A stretch of DNA of 64,000 nucleotides from Escherichia virus TH32, in the sequence record MT446405.1. One strand, 5' to 3'. How positions within the stretch are numbered: position 1 is the stretch's first letter; the number at the start of each line of letters is the position of its first letter. The notes under the pieces were generated by a model, which worked only from the letters and a program-made list of their open reading frames with translations, did no database searches and was not told where the DNA came from. Shown here in pieces: positions 46,304 to 55,494 of the stretch. Position numbers and translations under genes: made by a program.

Positions 46304-46855
46304 ATGCCACATTTTAAAATTGAACAAATCGCCCTGTCAATTCCAGATGCTCAGCGCGCACAGGATTTCTTGGCTAAAATCGGCCTGACAGAATGGTTCC
46401 ATGATCATGTTGTTGCTACTGGTCGCGTATTTGAAGCTGATGACTTTAAAGGTCGTCGCGACGATTGCACCAATGAAGCTGACTTGCGCTTCAACTATCA
46501 GGCTGGCAACGGTACTGATGGCAGAGCTGGTAAGCCTCTTGAGCTTGAAATCCTTGACTACACAATGGGCTGCAACTGGATTAACGAAAACATCGAATAT
46601 ATCGATGCGCATGACAATCAGGTCAGCCACCTTGGCATGCACGTGACTGCCGCTGAACTTGCTGAATGGCGTAAGTTCTTTAAAGAAGAAGGTATTCAGG
46701 TTGCACAGGAAGTTGTAACTGACTCTCATACCAACCCGAACATTGCTGGTCAACGTCGTTACAACTATGTGATCTTTGATACGCGTGAAATCATCGGCGT
46801 TGATTTGAAGTTTATCGTGCGCTTGAATCAAGACGGTACTCCGTACACCGTATAA
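46304..46855 (+). CDS. Hypothetical protein (possible VOC/glyoxalase-like fold)
   Basis: 183 aa with His/Glu-containing blocks (WFHDH, LELEILDY, HLGMHV) loosely resembling metal-binding VOC proteins. Confidence 0.3.
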   Translation: MPHFKIEQIALSIPDAQRAQDFLAKIGLTEWFHDHVVATGRVFEADDFKGRRDDCTNEADLRFNYQAGNGTDGRAGKPLELEILDYTMGCNWINENIEYIDAHDNQVSHLGMHVTAAELAEWRKFFKEEGIQVAQEVVTDSHTNPNIAGQRRYNYVIFDTREIIGVDLKFIVRLNQDGTPYTV

Positions 46856-46871
46856 CGAATCGTGAATCTGT

Positions 46872-46897
46872 GGCCGTCCTAATGGGCGGCCTTTTTG
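46872..46897 (+). terminator. Intrinsic terminator
   Basis: ggccgtcc-taat-gggcggcc hairpin followed by tttttg. Confidence 0.6.
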
Positions 46898-46909
46898 TAG
46901 GAGGCTAAT

Positions 46910-47452
46910 GTGTTATTTCTCCCTTATGACTTCGAAACAACCGGATTGACCGTGCACCCGAAAGCGCCGCTTGGGATGCAGCCGCGCCCTATTGAATTTG
47001 CAGGTCTGTTGACAGACGGCAAAGAGATTCTTGAAACGTTTGAATTCATAATTAATCCTGAAATCGTGATTGAAGAAATTATCACAAAGATTACCGGATT
47101 AACAAATGAAGATATTGAGTGCAATCCACCGTTCATCAATTTCGTCCCGCAGCTAAAAGAAATATTCAAGAAGACTGATGCAACTATCGCGCATAACCAT
47201 GCGTTCGATAAAAACATTCTTGATTATGCACTACAGCGCGAAGGACTTACGCTTGATGATGTTAATTTTCCAGAAATAAACATATGTACAGTTGAGCAAA
47301 CCTTGCCTATTTTTGGCCGAAGAGTTAAGCTTCAAGAGCTGTATGAATTATATTTCGGAAAATATGAACAGAAGCACCGTGCATTAGACGACGTAATATT
47401 ACTGCACAAAGTCTGCCAACAAATTGGTGTATATGACATCTGGAGTAAATAA
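46910..47452 (+). CDS. DnaQ-like 3'-5' exonuclease (DEDDh proofreading subunit)
   Basis: Exo I YDFETTGL, Exo II HNHAFDKNIL, Exo III HRALDDV; GTG start after AGGAGG RBS; stop overlaps the DnaE start. Confidence 0.7.
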   Translation: MLFLPYDFETTGLTVHPKAPLGMQPRPIEFAGLLTDGKEILETFEFIINPEIVIEEIITKITGLTNEDIECNPPFINFVPQLKEIFKKTDATIAHNHAFDKNILDYALQREGLTLDDVNFPEINICTVEQTLPIFGRRVKLQELYELYFGKYEQKHRALDDVILLHKVCQQIGVYDIWSK

Positions 47453-50349
47453 TGTTTCCACAATTGAGAGTTCGCAGCGGTTACACGTTCAAAGAAGTTT
47501 ATGGACGGCACCCTGAAATTATAGCACGGCTCAAAGAGTTGGGCTGCGAAGTCGCGGCATTAGTTGATAACAACACATGGGGTCATGTCCGCTGGGAAAA
47601 GGAATGCCAGAAAAATTATATTAAGCCTATGTTTGGGATGGAGATTCCAATCATCGACCCTGATGCGGACCCGAAAAAGGGATTCAAACCGAAGGCTTGG
47701 ATTCTTGCGCTTGATTTAAAATCTTTCTACAACGCAACCACGCTTGCAACCAAAAAGGGCGGCTTAACCCGTGCAGAGTTCGGTGCGCTTGATGGCGTAG
47801 TTAAATTCTGTGGCGGTGCCGTGGAGCTGTTGCGGCCAGAGGACTATGACTATATAGACGTCAACCCATCATCGTTCCTTTTGGCAAAGCGCCAGGTATT
47901 GGCTCATCGCGCAGGAGGAAGGCCGCTGGTTTTAACCGGATACAATCACATGCCTTCACCTGAGCACGTTGACTTTGCTTATGCTTGGGAAGTGCGCGAC
48001 ACGGTTAAGCCGCACTGCATCGTAAGCGATGAAGAGTTGCGGAGTCAACTAAAAGGTATTCTTACAGAAGACGAGCTTGCACAGGCAACTTCAAATGCCA
48101 TTGACATCGCAAATGGCATAGTCGGGCTTGACCTTAAACTGCGCAAGGCTCCGATTATTCACCTTGCAGGCGACATGGTAAAACTTGCTCGTGAGGGGAT
48201 GGAGTACCGTCTAAAAGCAGGTCACATCAAAGAATGGACTCAGGAATATGAGGACCGCTTCAACGAAGAAATTCATCAGATTCAGCTGAAAGATTTCGAC
48301 TCATACTTTCTGGTGGTAGCGGACCTTGTACGATTCGCAAAAACAAAAATGCTCGTCGGTCCTGCGCGCGGCTCATCGGCTGGTTCACTGGTTTGTTATT
48401 GCTTAGGCATCACGGAAGTGGACCCAATCCCGTATAAGCTGCTGTTTGCCCGATTCATCGACGTAAGCCGCGCCGACCTTCCTGACATCGACATCGACTT
48501 TGAAGATACCAAACGCTATATGGTGTTTGATTATCTTAAAGAGAAATACGGCGAAATGAACGTTGCAAAGCTTGGCAACATCAACACGCTTAAGGCCAAC
48601 TCAGTAATGGCTCAAGTTGGTAAGAAGTTCAACATTGGATACCACGAAACAGCCAACATTAAAAACGCACTGCTTGAATACTCATCCGGTGACGCCCGTT
48701 ATGGTCACGGCCTGGAGGATACCTTTGCAACAACGACCACGGGTCAAGAGTTCGTGGCTAAATATCCTGATGCCGCGCGTTGCATGGGTGACCTTGAGAT
48801 TCACCCGTCCCACACAGGTGTTCACGCAGCGGGAATCATTGTGTGTAATGACCCAATCTCTGATTACTGTACTGTAACTGCAGAAGGGATTGCGCAAATC
48901 GATAAGCCTGACAGCGAATACCTCAACCTTTTGAAGCTTGATGCGCTGGGCCTTCGTACTCTCGGCATTATTTCTGATACAGGCGTTATTGATGCTGAAA
49001 CGCTCTACGGAATCAAGCTTGATGATCAAAGCGTCCTTGACATTCTTAACGAAAACAAGATGTCAGGCATCTTCCAGTTTGAAGGTGATGCTGTACGTTC
49101 AGTAACAAACTTTGTGCACGTCGACAACTTTAACAAAATCGACAACCTGACGGCTTTGGGTCGACCTGGCCCGTTGTCATCCGGTATGGCCCAGAAATAC
49201 ATTGAACGCGCGGCAGGGCGTGCGCCGATTGAATACGACGTGCCGCAGCTTGAGCCGTACTTAAAAGAGACTTACGGCGTGTTTCTTTACCAAGAGCAAA
49301 TCATGGCCGTGGTTAAAGAGATTGGTTCATTTGACTGGGCGAAAACGTCAGCTGTACGTAAGGCGATGTCAGGCCGTAAGGGTGAGGAATACTTTAACAA
49401 GCTTGGCGAGGACTTTGTTGCAGGCGCAATCAATAACGGCGTACCGGAAGCGGATGCAAGAAAGCTTTGGCAAGCGATGGCTACGTTCGGGTCATGGGGC
49501 TTTAACAAGTCACACTCCGTGTCATACGCGGTCGTGACCTACTGGACCTTGTGGCTTAAGCGACACTACCCGTTGGAATTTGCCGCTGCCTGCTTACGCG
49601 CTGCTAAGGACGAAGACCAGACGATTGCGATATTACGTGAACTTGCAAAGGAAGGCGTGGATTATGTGCCAATCGACCCTGATCACTCTTCGATGAACTG
49701 GACCATCGCGAACGGAAAGCTAATCGGCGGCATCATGAACGCGAAAGGGTACGGCATGGTGAAGGCGATGAAGTACATCGAAGCGCGTGAAGCCGGAACC
49801 TTAACGCAGAAACAAAAGGACGCATTGGCCAATGCTGAAGTAAAATACGGCGACCTTACAGAGATGCACACAAAGTTCGGCTGGGCGTATAATGACCCGT
49901 ATCTGATTGGGGTGACGTCCGGCGCTTCAATACGCCAGATGAAGGAAGTCGGTGATGACGAGCGCGCAATAGTAATCGGCAAGTTGACAAAGAAGGTGCT
50001 TGCGGACGAGAACGAAGCAACACGCATCCGTAAACGACTTGAGCGCGGCATCTATACAAAGCACGGCAAGCTTAAAAAGGGTCTTCAAGCTGATGGCCGC
50101 TACGCAGAGTTTGACCAGTACGGGAACAAGCTTGAGACTCAGTTCATCGACCTTATGTGCAAAGACGACTCGACCGACTCGCCAATGCGCTTCAGGATTC
50201 GTCCAGAGAAGTTCCAGAAGTACGGGAAGTACATCGCTGAAAACGTCGGGAACGGCGCATTCTTCCTGATGAAAGGTCGTAAGCTTGAAGGCATTGACAT
50301 GTTCATCGTTGACGTGATCAAACAGGTGTATCCAGATGGCAACAAATAA
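47452..50349 (+). CDS. dnaE: DNA polymerase III alpha subunit (DnaE-type replicative polymerase)
   Basis: 965 aa; N-terminal PHP-like region; GPARGSSAGSLVCYCLGITEVDP matches the conserved DnaE motif. Confidence 0.8.
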   Translation: MFPQLRVRSGYTFKEVYGRHPEIIARLKELGCEVAALVDNNTWGHVRWEKECQKNYIKPMFGMEIPIIDPDADPKKGFKPKAWILALDLKSFYNATTLATKKGGLTRAEFGALDGVVKFCGGAVELLRPEDYDYIDVNPSSFLLAKRQVLAHRAGGRPLVLTGYNHMPSPEHVDFAYAWEVRDTVKPHCIVSDEELRSQLKGILTEDELAQATSNAIDIANGIVGLDLKLRKAPIIHLAGDMVKLAREGMEYRLKAGHIKEWTQEYEDRFNEEIHQIQLKDFDSYFLVVADLVRFAKTKMLVGPARGSSAGSLVCYCLGITEVDPIPYKLLFARFIDVSRADLPDIDIDFEDTKRYMVFDYLKEKYGEMNVAKLGNINTLKANSVMAQVGKKFNIGYHETANIKNALLEYSSGDARYGHGLEDTFATTTTGQEFVAKYPDAARCMGDLEIHPSHTGVHAAGIIVCNDPISDYCTVTAEGIAQIDKPDSEYLNLLKLDALGLRTLGIISDTGVIDAETLYGIKLDDQSVLDILNENKMSGIFQFEGDAVRSVTNFVHVDNFNKIDNLTALGRPGPLSSGMAQKYIERAAGRAPIEYDVPQLEPYLKETYGVFLYQEQIMAVVKEIGSFDWAKTSAVRKAMSGRKGEEYFNKLGEDFVAGAINNGVPEADARKLWQAMATFGSWGFNKSHSVSYAVVTYWTLWLKRHYPLEFAAACLRAAKDEDQTIAILRELAKEGVDYVPIDPDHSSMNWTIANGKLIGGIMNAKGYGMVKAMKYIEAREAGTLTQKQKDALANAEVKYGDLTEMHTKFGWAYNDPYLIGVTSGASIRQMKEVGDDERAIVIGKLTKKVLADENEATRIRKRLERGIYTKHGKLKKGLQADGRYAEFDQYGNKLETQFIDLMCKDDSTDSPMRFRIRPEKFQKYGKYIAENVGNGAFFLMKGRKLEGIDMFIVDVIKQVYPDGNK

Positions 50350-50758
50350 CCGTGAGCAGAAATACATATTCGTGCCTTTGAAGAAGCATTCAGAATCGGT
50401 ATTGAAGCTTCAACGAATCGAGTCGATGACTGGTGATGGCGTGCCGGACGTAATCGGCACCAACCGGAAAGGGCGCGGCTTTTGGCTTGAAATGAAGTTC
50501 TTTGAATCGTGGCCTGCAAGGGCCACCACTGCACCTTTCAGAAATGCATTTGAGAAAGGCCAATGCAGCTTCCTTTCTTCGTGGAATGATTGGCGATACC
50601 CATCATTCGTTTTGCTTAAGGTTGATTCTGAGAAGATGTTTTATTTAGTCCACCCTTCTATTGAATTAAAGCGTTATAATACTGCAGACGTTCAACGTGA
50701 GATAATCGTGAAGGGAACTATTCATCACATCATCAAGTATTTAGAGGAATTGTCATGA
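50336..50758 (+). CDS. VRR-NUC domain nuclease
   Basis: TGDGVPDVIGTNRKGRGFWLEMKF fits the G-x-PD ... E-x-K VRR-NUC signature; immediately upstream of an SNF2 helicase, a common pairing. Confidence 0.5.
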   Translation: MATNNREQKYIFVPLKKHSESVLKLQRIESMTGDGVPDVIGTNRKGRGFWLEMKFFESWPARATTAPFRNAFEKGQCSFLSSWNDWRYPSFVLLKVDSEKMFYLVHPSIELKRYNTADVQREIIVKGTIHHIIKYLEELS

Positions 50759-52278
50759 AAACACAAGGAATGCGCCACCAATTATTGGCGCTTGATAAAG
50801 CAGGCCGCAGAAAATACTTTGCTTATTTTATGGAACAGGGTCTTGGTAAAACCTGGACTGCTTTGGCAGAGTTTGAAAAACACTTCGCCGCTGGCGCATT
50901 TGATGCCATGGTTGTCATCGCTCCTAACGGTGTCCACTCGAACTGGATTCGTCGTGAAGCACCAGAACACCTTTCCATTAAATGGATTGGTCATTACTGG
51001 CGCGGAAATGACAAGATGAAAACTAAAAAGGGTAAAGCCATTTGGGAGAAGATGTTTGCTGATCACTATCCTGAAGGTGAAGTGCCTGCGCGCATCTTCT
51101 CATTCAACATCGATACTGTCAACACACCAGTCGGTTATCAACACATCGAGTCTGTCCTGAAGAAGTACCGCTGTTTGATGATCATTGACGAATCGACGCG
51201 TATCAAAAATAACACAGCCAAACGCTCCATCAAGGTTGTAGAATTGGGACGGCTGGCAAAGGCCCGTCGCATACTTTCCGGCACGCCGCTGCCGCGCTCG
51301 CCTGCTGATATTTACATGCAGTATCACTTCCTTGAAGCTGGCTTGCTCGGCACCAAATCGTTCCGTGCATTCAACTCTGAATTCACAGTGCTGCTTGAAG
51401 CGCACGACCCAGAGATGCAGGCCATTCTCAAGAAAATCGGCGGCAACGGTTATGGCATTCCGCAAGTGCCGCGCAAAGACCAGTTTGGCCGACCGATGTA
51501 CAAGAACCTTGACAAGCTTATCCGGCTGATGGAACCGCACTATTTTCGTGCAACAAAAGCAGAATACTTGCCTGACCTTCCAGAGAAGGTGTACAAGTTT
51601 ATTGACTTCGAGTTGTCGCCTAAGCAGCGCGATGTATACGATGAACTCAAGAATGAGTACAACTATTTGATGGAATACAAGGGCGAAGAAGAAAACGTCA
51701 AGTTTGAGATGATCGCGTCGCGCACCAAGATGAAGCAGGTTACATCCGGCTTTGTCAAGGTGTATGATGAGATGGTCTACATGGAAGACAACCCACGCTT
51801 CACGGCCTTTAAGGATTATGTGGAAGGGGTGTTGGAAGACGACCCAGAGCGCAAATTCATCGTTTGGGCCATCTTTAAGGAAGAGATGAACCAGATTAAG
51901 GAATGGCTTGAGTCTGAAGGCGTGGTCACTGGTGTATACAACGGTGAAACATCAAAAGAGCAGCGCGAGTTCTTGATTGATGACTTCCAGAAAAACACAG
52001 TCGCGAATGGTGGAACACAGGTATTGGTTTGCCACGCTGCAGCGGCAGGCATCGGCATCACACTTACCGCTGCTGACTTGGCAATCTATTATTCTTGCAA
52101 CTATGACAATGAGTTGCGCAAGCAATCCGAAGACCGAAATCACCGCATCGGCACCAAATCAAGCGTGTTGTATGTTGATTTTATTGGGGTTGATACCATC
52201 GACGAAGAAATTCAGCGTTCATTGAGTATGAAGTCTATGCTTGCTGATCACATCCTCGACGGCAAAAAGATGAATTAA
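50755..52278 (+). CDS. SNF2-family helicase/ATPase
   Basis: Motif I EQGLGKTWTA, motif II IIDESTRIKN, C-terminal helicase domain. Confidence 0.7.
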   Translation: MKTQGMRHQLLALDKAGRRKYFAYFMEQGLGKTWTALAEFEKHFAAGAFDAMVVIAPNGVHSNWIRREAPEHLSIKWIGHYWRGNDKMKTKKGKAIWEKMFADHYPEGEVPARIFSFNIDTVNTPVGYQHIESVLKKYRCLMIIDESTRIKNNTAKRSIKVVELGRLAKARRILSGTPLPRSPADIYMQYHFLEAGLLGTKSFRAFNSEFTVLLEAHDPEMQAILKKIGGNGYGIPQVPRKDQFGRPMYKNLDKLIRLMEPHYFRATKAEYLPDLPEKVYKFIDFELSPKQRDVYDELKNEYNYLMEYKGEEENVKFEMIASRTKMKQVTSGFVKVYDEMVYMEDNPRFTAFKDYVEGVLEDDPERKFIVWAIFKEEMNQIKEWLESEGVVTGVYNGETSKEQREFLIDDFQKNTVANGGTQVLVCHAAAAGIGITLTAADLAIYYSCNYDNELRKQSEDRNHRIGTKSSVLYVDFIGVDTIDEEIQRSLSMKSMLADHILDGKKMN

Positions 52279-52352
52279 TATCAAAAATAATTTGACTTGT
52301 CACGGAAGATGAGTCATAATTACTTCATCGAAACGAAACAGAGGAATACAAA

Positions 52353-52616
52353 ATGGTACGCATCCTTGAACGTTACAAAAATGAAGCTACTGGCGCAATC
52401 GCTTTCAAACGTCTTTTGGTCAAAGAAATTGACGGAATGTTTCGCATTGTTAAAGAGTTTGATTATGGCAACGGTGCTGGGGTGAATACCGTTATCATGC
52501 CTGGCATCAAGGCGTATAAAACCTTAAAAGGCGCTGAGAAGGCTTTGGCGGCTTGGAAACCTGAACGTTATCAAATGACCCGTGTTGAAGGGCTAATGCA
52601 AGAAGGTAAAATTTAA
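52353..52616 (+). CDS. Hypothetical protein
   Basis: 87-aa ORF with GAGGAATA RBS; upstream GATGAG/CTCATC hairpin element. Confidence 0.4.
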   Translation: MVRILERYKNEATGAIAFKRLLVKEIDGMFRIVKEFDYGNGAGVNTVIMPGIKAYKTLKGAEKALAAWKPERYQMTRVEGLMQEGKI

Positions 52617-52864
52617 TGAGTAAAAAAGTTCTGTTAATTGGGCCGCGTAACTCCGGCAAGACTACCAGTGCAAATAAAATTGCCGAAGTCATGGGACTTG
52701 CAGAAATATTTGAGCTTGACGGATTCAAAGTGCCAAACGGTTATAAGTTGCGCGATGACGTTGATGCCCTGTTTATAGCATCAAAACTTCCTCGCGGAAT
52801 CCGTCGAGAACATTTTGACATAGTCATTGAAATTAATAAGGGGTACATAAATGTCAACTATTAA
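52616..52864 (+). CDS. Small P-loop NTPase-like protein
   Basis: Walker A-like LIGPRNSGKTT. Confidence 0.4.
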   Translation: MSKKVLLIGPRNSGKTTSANKIAEVMGLAEIFELDGFKVPNGYKLRDDVDALFIASKLPRGIRREHFDIVIEINKGYINVNY

Positions 52865-53408
52865 CTGGGAAGATGATCTGCCGCAAGTAGCTCCTGAAAG
52901 TATTCAAGAGCGCCTTGCGCGCTTAGTATCTGAACTGGCAGAACGCCAAGAAGCTTTGACAGAGCTTGAAGATGAAGCTGATATGCAAAAGCAGCGCATC
53001 AGTGAAATCAAAACTGTTCTGCTTCCTGGCGTTATGGATGAGCTTGGTGTGTCCGAAATCAAGCTTGAGGACAAGACCAAAATCAAGGTCGAGTCCAAGG
53101 TGAACGCTTCAATCAAGAAAGAAAACGAATTAAAAGTTTTCGATTGGCTTGTAAACAACGGTTACGGCGGCTTGATCAAGTCCAGCGTCACGGCTGAGTT
53201 CGGTCGCGAAGAAATTGAACAGGCGCAAGAGATTGTTGCCGCGCTGCGTGAAGATGGTGTTGAAGCCACGTTGAAACAAGGCGTTCATTCTGCTACACTG
53301 AAGTCGTTTGTAAAAGAACAGCTGGAAGCAGGCAATCCAGTTAGTGAAGATATTAGCGTTTTTGAATACAAAGAAGCTAAAATAACCTTGCCTAAAAGCA
53401 AAAAGTAA
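52851..53408 (+). CDS. Hypothetical acidic coiled-coil protein (possible recombination-associated)
   Basis: 185-aa acidic helical protein located ahead of a 286-aa candidate annealing-type protein. Speculative. Confidence 0.35.
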   Translation: MSTINWEDDLPQVAPESIQERLARLVSELAERQEALTELEDEADMQKQRISEIKTVLLPGVMDELGVSEIKLEDKTKIKVESKVNASIKKENELKVFDWLVNNGYGGLIKSSVTAEFGREEIEQAQEIVAALREDGVEATLKQGVHSATLKSFVKEQLEAGNPVSEDISVFEYKEAKITLPKSKK

Positions 53409-53467
53409 TTTAACCTTTATCTTGAAATCAGGTTGCCACGAAACTTGATACTATAGGAAAATATCAA

Positions 53468-54328
53468 ATGTCTAAGAAAGAAACTACCGAAGTTGCAGTG
53501 AAAAACACCCAGATGTCCGCTATGGCTGATTTTGTCGACATGACCGATTTTGGCGCTGGTTTTGAAGGTGCCGATGCCGATGCGTATGCCATTCCTTTTA
53601 TCGTCGTCCTGCAGAAGATGTCTCCTATGGTCGACGAAGATGATCCAAAACACGTTCCTGGCGCAAAAGCCGGAATGCTTTACAACACCGTTACTGGTGA
53701 GTTGTATGACGGTAAGAAAGGCGTGCAGATCATCCCTTGCGCATTCAAACGCACCTTCATTCTTTGGGGCGGTCGCGAGTCCGACGATAAAGGCTTTAAA
53801 GGTGAATTTACCAAAGAGCACGTTGATGCAGAAGTCGCGGCAGGCCGCGCTGTTGAGATCAACGGTAAGGTATTCGTGCCTGACGAAAACGGCAAGGTGC
53901 ACGAGAAGAAATCGCCTTACTACGCAGATACACGCAACCACTTTGTGATTCTGTTGAACGAAGAAACTGGTGAATTTGGTAGCGCAATGCTGTCTCTGAC
54001 TTCTTCCATGATCAAGCCGTCTCGCATGCTGATGACCGCTCTGCAGCAGAAGAAAGTTCAGACTCCGCAGGGTCTGAAAACGCCGCCGACCTTTATGAAC
54101 ATCGTTCGCATGGGTACTGCATCCCAGTCCAAAGACGGCAACACATGGTCAGTTCTGAAGTTTGAGCTGGAAGGTCTGGTGCAGGACAAAGGTCTGTACG
54201 AAGTCGCCAAGGCATTCCACAACGACGTGGTTGGCGGCAACGTTAACATTGACCGCAGCAAGCAGGAAGAAGCAAGCGGTGCCGCTGGTCCTGTCAATGA
54301 AACTCCGACCGACGCAGAAGAGTTTTAA
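53468..54328 (+). CDS. Hypothetical protein (candidate single-strand annealing/recombination protein)
   Basis: 286 aa, size and position typical of phage recombinases; no definitive motif seen. Confidence 0.3.
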   Translation: MSKKETTEVAVKNTQMSAMADFVDMTDFGAGFEGADADAYAIPFIVVLQKMSPMVDEDDPKHVPGAKAGMLYNTVTGELYDGKKGVQIIPCAFKRTFILWGGRESDDKGFKGEFTKEHVDAEVAAGRAVEINGKVFVPDENGKVHEKKSPYYADTRNHFVILLNEETGEFGSAMLSLTSSMIKPSRMLMTALQQKKVQTPQGLKTPPTFMNIVRMGTASQSKDGNTWSVLKFELEGLVQDKGLYEVAKAFHNDVVGGNVNIDRSKQEEASGAAGPVNETPTDAEEF

Positions 54329-54346
54329 TCGACAATCAAATCAACA

Positions 54347-54374
54347 AGGCTGCCGATTGGCGGCCTTTTATTTA
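54347..54374 (+). terminator. Intrinsic terminator
   Basis: aaggctgccg-att-ggcggcctt hairpin followed by ttatttat. Confidence 0.55.
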
Positions 54375-54385
54375 TCTGGTGCATC

Positions 54386-54904
54386 ATGATAGAAAGAATT
54401 GTACCGCTCCTGAAGATTCTTGCCCTTGTTGGCGCGTTTGCCGCTGGATCATACGTTGAAGACCTGCAGCAAACCAACGCATCACTGACCAAGGATAATC
54501 AATATCTGAAATCGCTTAATGAGCGTAAGGACAAGATAAATGCACTCGAAGAGCAAATTGCATCTTTACAGGTTGAATCGGCATCGGCATATGAGAAAGG
54601 TCGCCAGGAAGCGCAACTGGTTGCTGATGACACTATTGCTCGTTACAAGTCTGGGAATATCAAGCTGCGCGCGCAACTCAGCTGCTCCCGTGAGTTACTC
54701 AGGCGTGTGCCCGACTCTGCGACCACTGGACGCCTCTCTATCCCAGAAGGAAACTGTGGACTATCAGAAGATGATGTCAGATTTCTTGTTCAGTTCGCCG
54801 CAGAAACAAATCGATTAAAAGAGAAAGTTAATAGCTTGATTGATACTTATAATCAGGCTAAAATAAAAATCGATCAATTCAATGCATCAAAGGAAAATAA
54901 ATGA
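54386..54904 (+). CDS. i-spanin (Rz-like)
   Basis: N-terminal TM (IVPLLKILALVGAFAAGSYV) followed by long coiled-coil; contains an embedded lipoprotein ORF in another frame. Confidence 0.55.
   Translation: MIERIVPLLKILALVGAFAAGSYVEDLQQTNASLTKDNQYLKSLNERKDKINALEEQIASLQVESASAYEKGRQEAQLVADDTIARYKSGNIKLRAQLSCSRELLRRVPDSATTGRLSIPEGNCGLSEDDVRFLVQFAAETNRLKEKVNSLIDTYNQAKIKIDQFNASKENK
54591..54818 (+). CDS. o-spanin (Rz1-like lipoprotein) embedded in the i-spanin gene
   Basis: Alternative frame: MRKVARKRNWLLMTLLLVTSLGISSC with lipobox I-S-S-C, Pro-containing mature part with a second Cys. Start could instead be at 54540 or 54627. Confidence 0.5.
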   Translation: MRKVARKRNWLLMTLLLVTSLGISSCARNSAAPVSYSGVCPTLRPLDASLSQKETVDYQKMMSDFLFSSPQKQID

Positions 54905-55494
54905 AACAGATTTATGCAAACATTCGCCAGTGGGCTTCTGACCGTAACATCATCCAAGGTTGCGACCTTAAGGACCAATACCCGAAGCTTATCAGCGAGT
55001 TTGGGGAGTTAACCGACCACGTTGATCAACTCCATGACCTTGTGTTCTTTGACCCTGAAATTGGATATACAGAGCAGGCCATCTGTGACCTGCAGGCCGC
55101 AATCAAGGACGACATTGGTGATTGTCTTGTTGTGTTAACCATCCTGGCAGCGCAAAACGGTGCTGAAATCGAAAGCATCAATGGCGGCGGTTGTGCCGAT
55201 AAAGGGGCGCACCCTCATTCATTCATTCTGCGTTTGGCAAAGACCCTTGGCCGACTTGGTGATGCGGTCGCTAAGAATCAGACCATGGATATTGATGTCA
55301 CTATCATGGCCGCAGTCGATTATCTTTCTGGTGTTGCTCACGATTACGGCCTGCGCCTTTCGGACTGTGCCCAGGCGGCTTATGAAGACATCAAGGACCG
55401 TAAAGGCGTGATGTATAACGGAACGTTCATCAAGTCGACTGATTCAACCTATGCTTATGCCATGGAACAAGTAATGAATGAGGGGAAAGAGTGA
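54901..55494 (+). CDS. MazG-like nucleotide pyrophosphohydrolase
   Basis: EExGE-type motifs LISEFGELTDHV and DDIGDCLVVLTILAAQNG. Confidence 0.45.
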   Translation: MKQIYANIRQWASDRNIIQGCDLKDQYPKLISEFGELTDHVDQLHDLVFFDPEIGYTEQAICDLQAAIKDDIGDCLVVLTILAAQNGAEIESINGGGCADKGAHPHSFILRLAKTLGRLGDAVAKNQTMDIDVTIMAAVDYLSGVAHDYGLRLSDCAQAAYEDIKDRKGVMYNGTFIKSTDSTYAYAMEQVMNEGKE

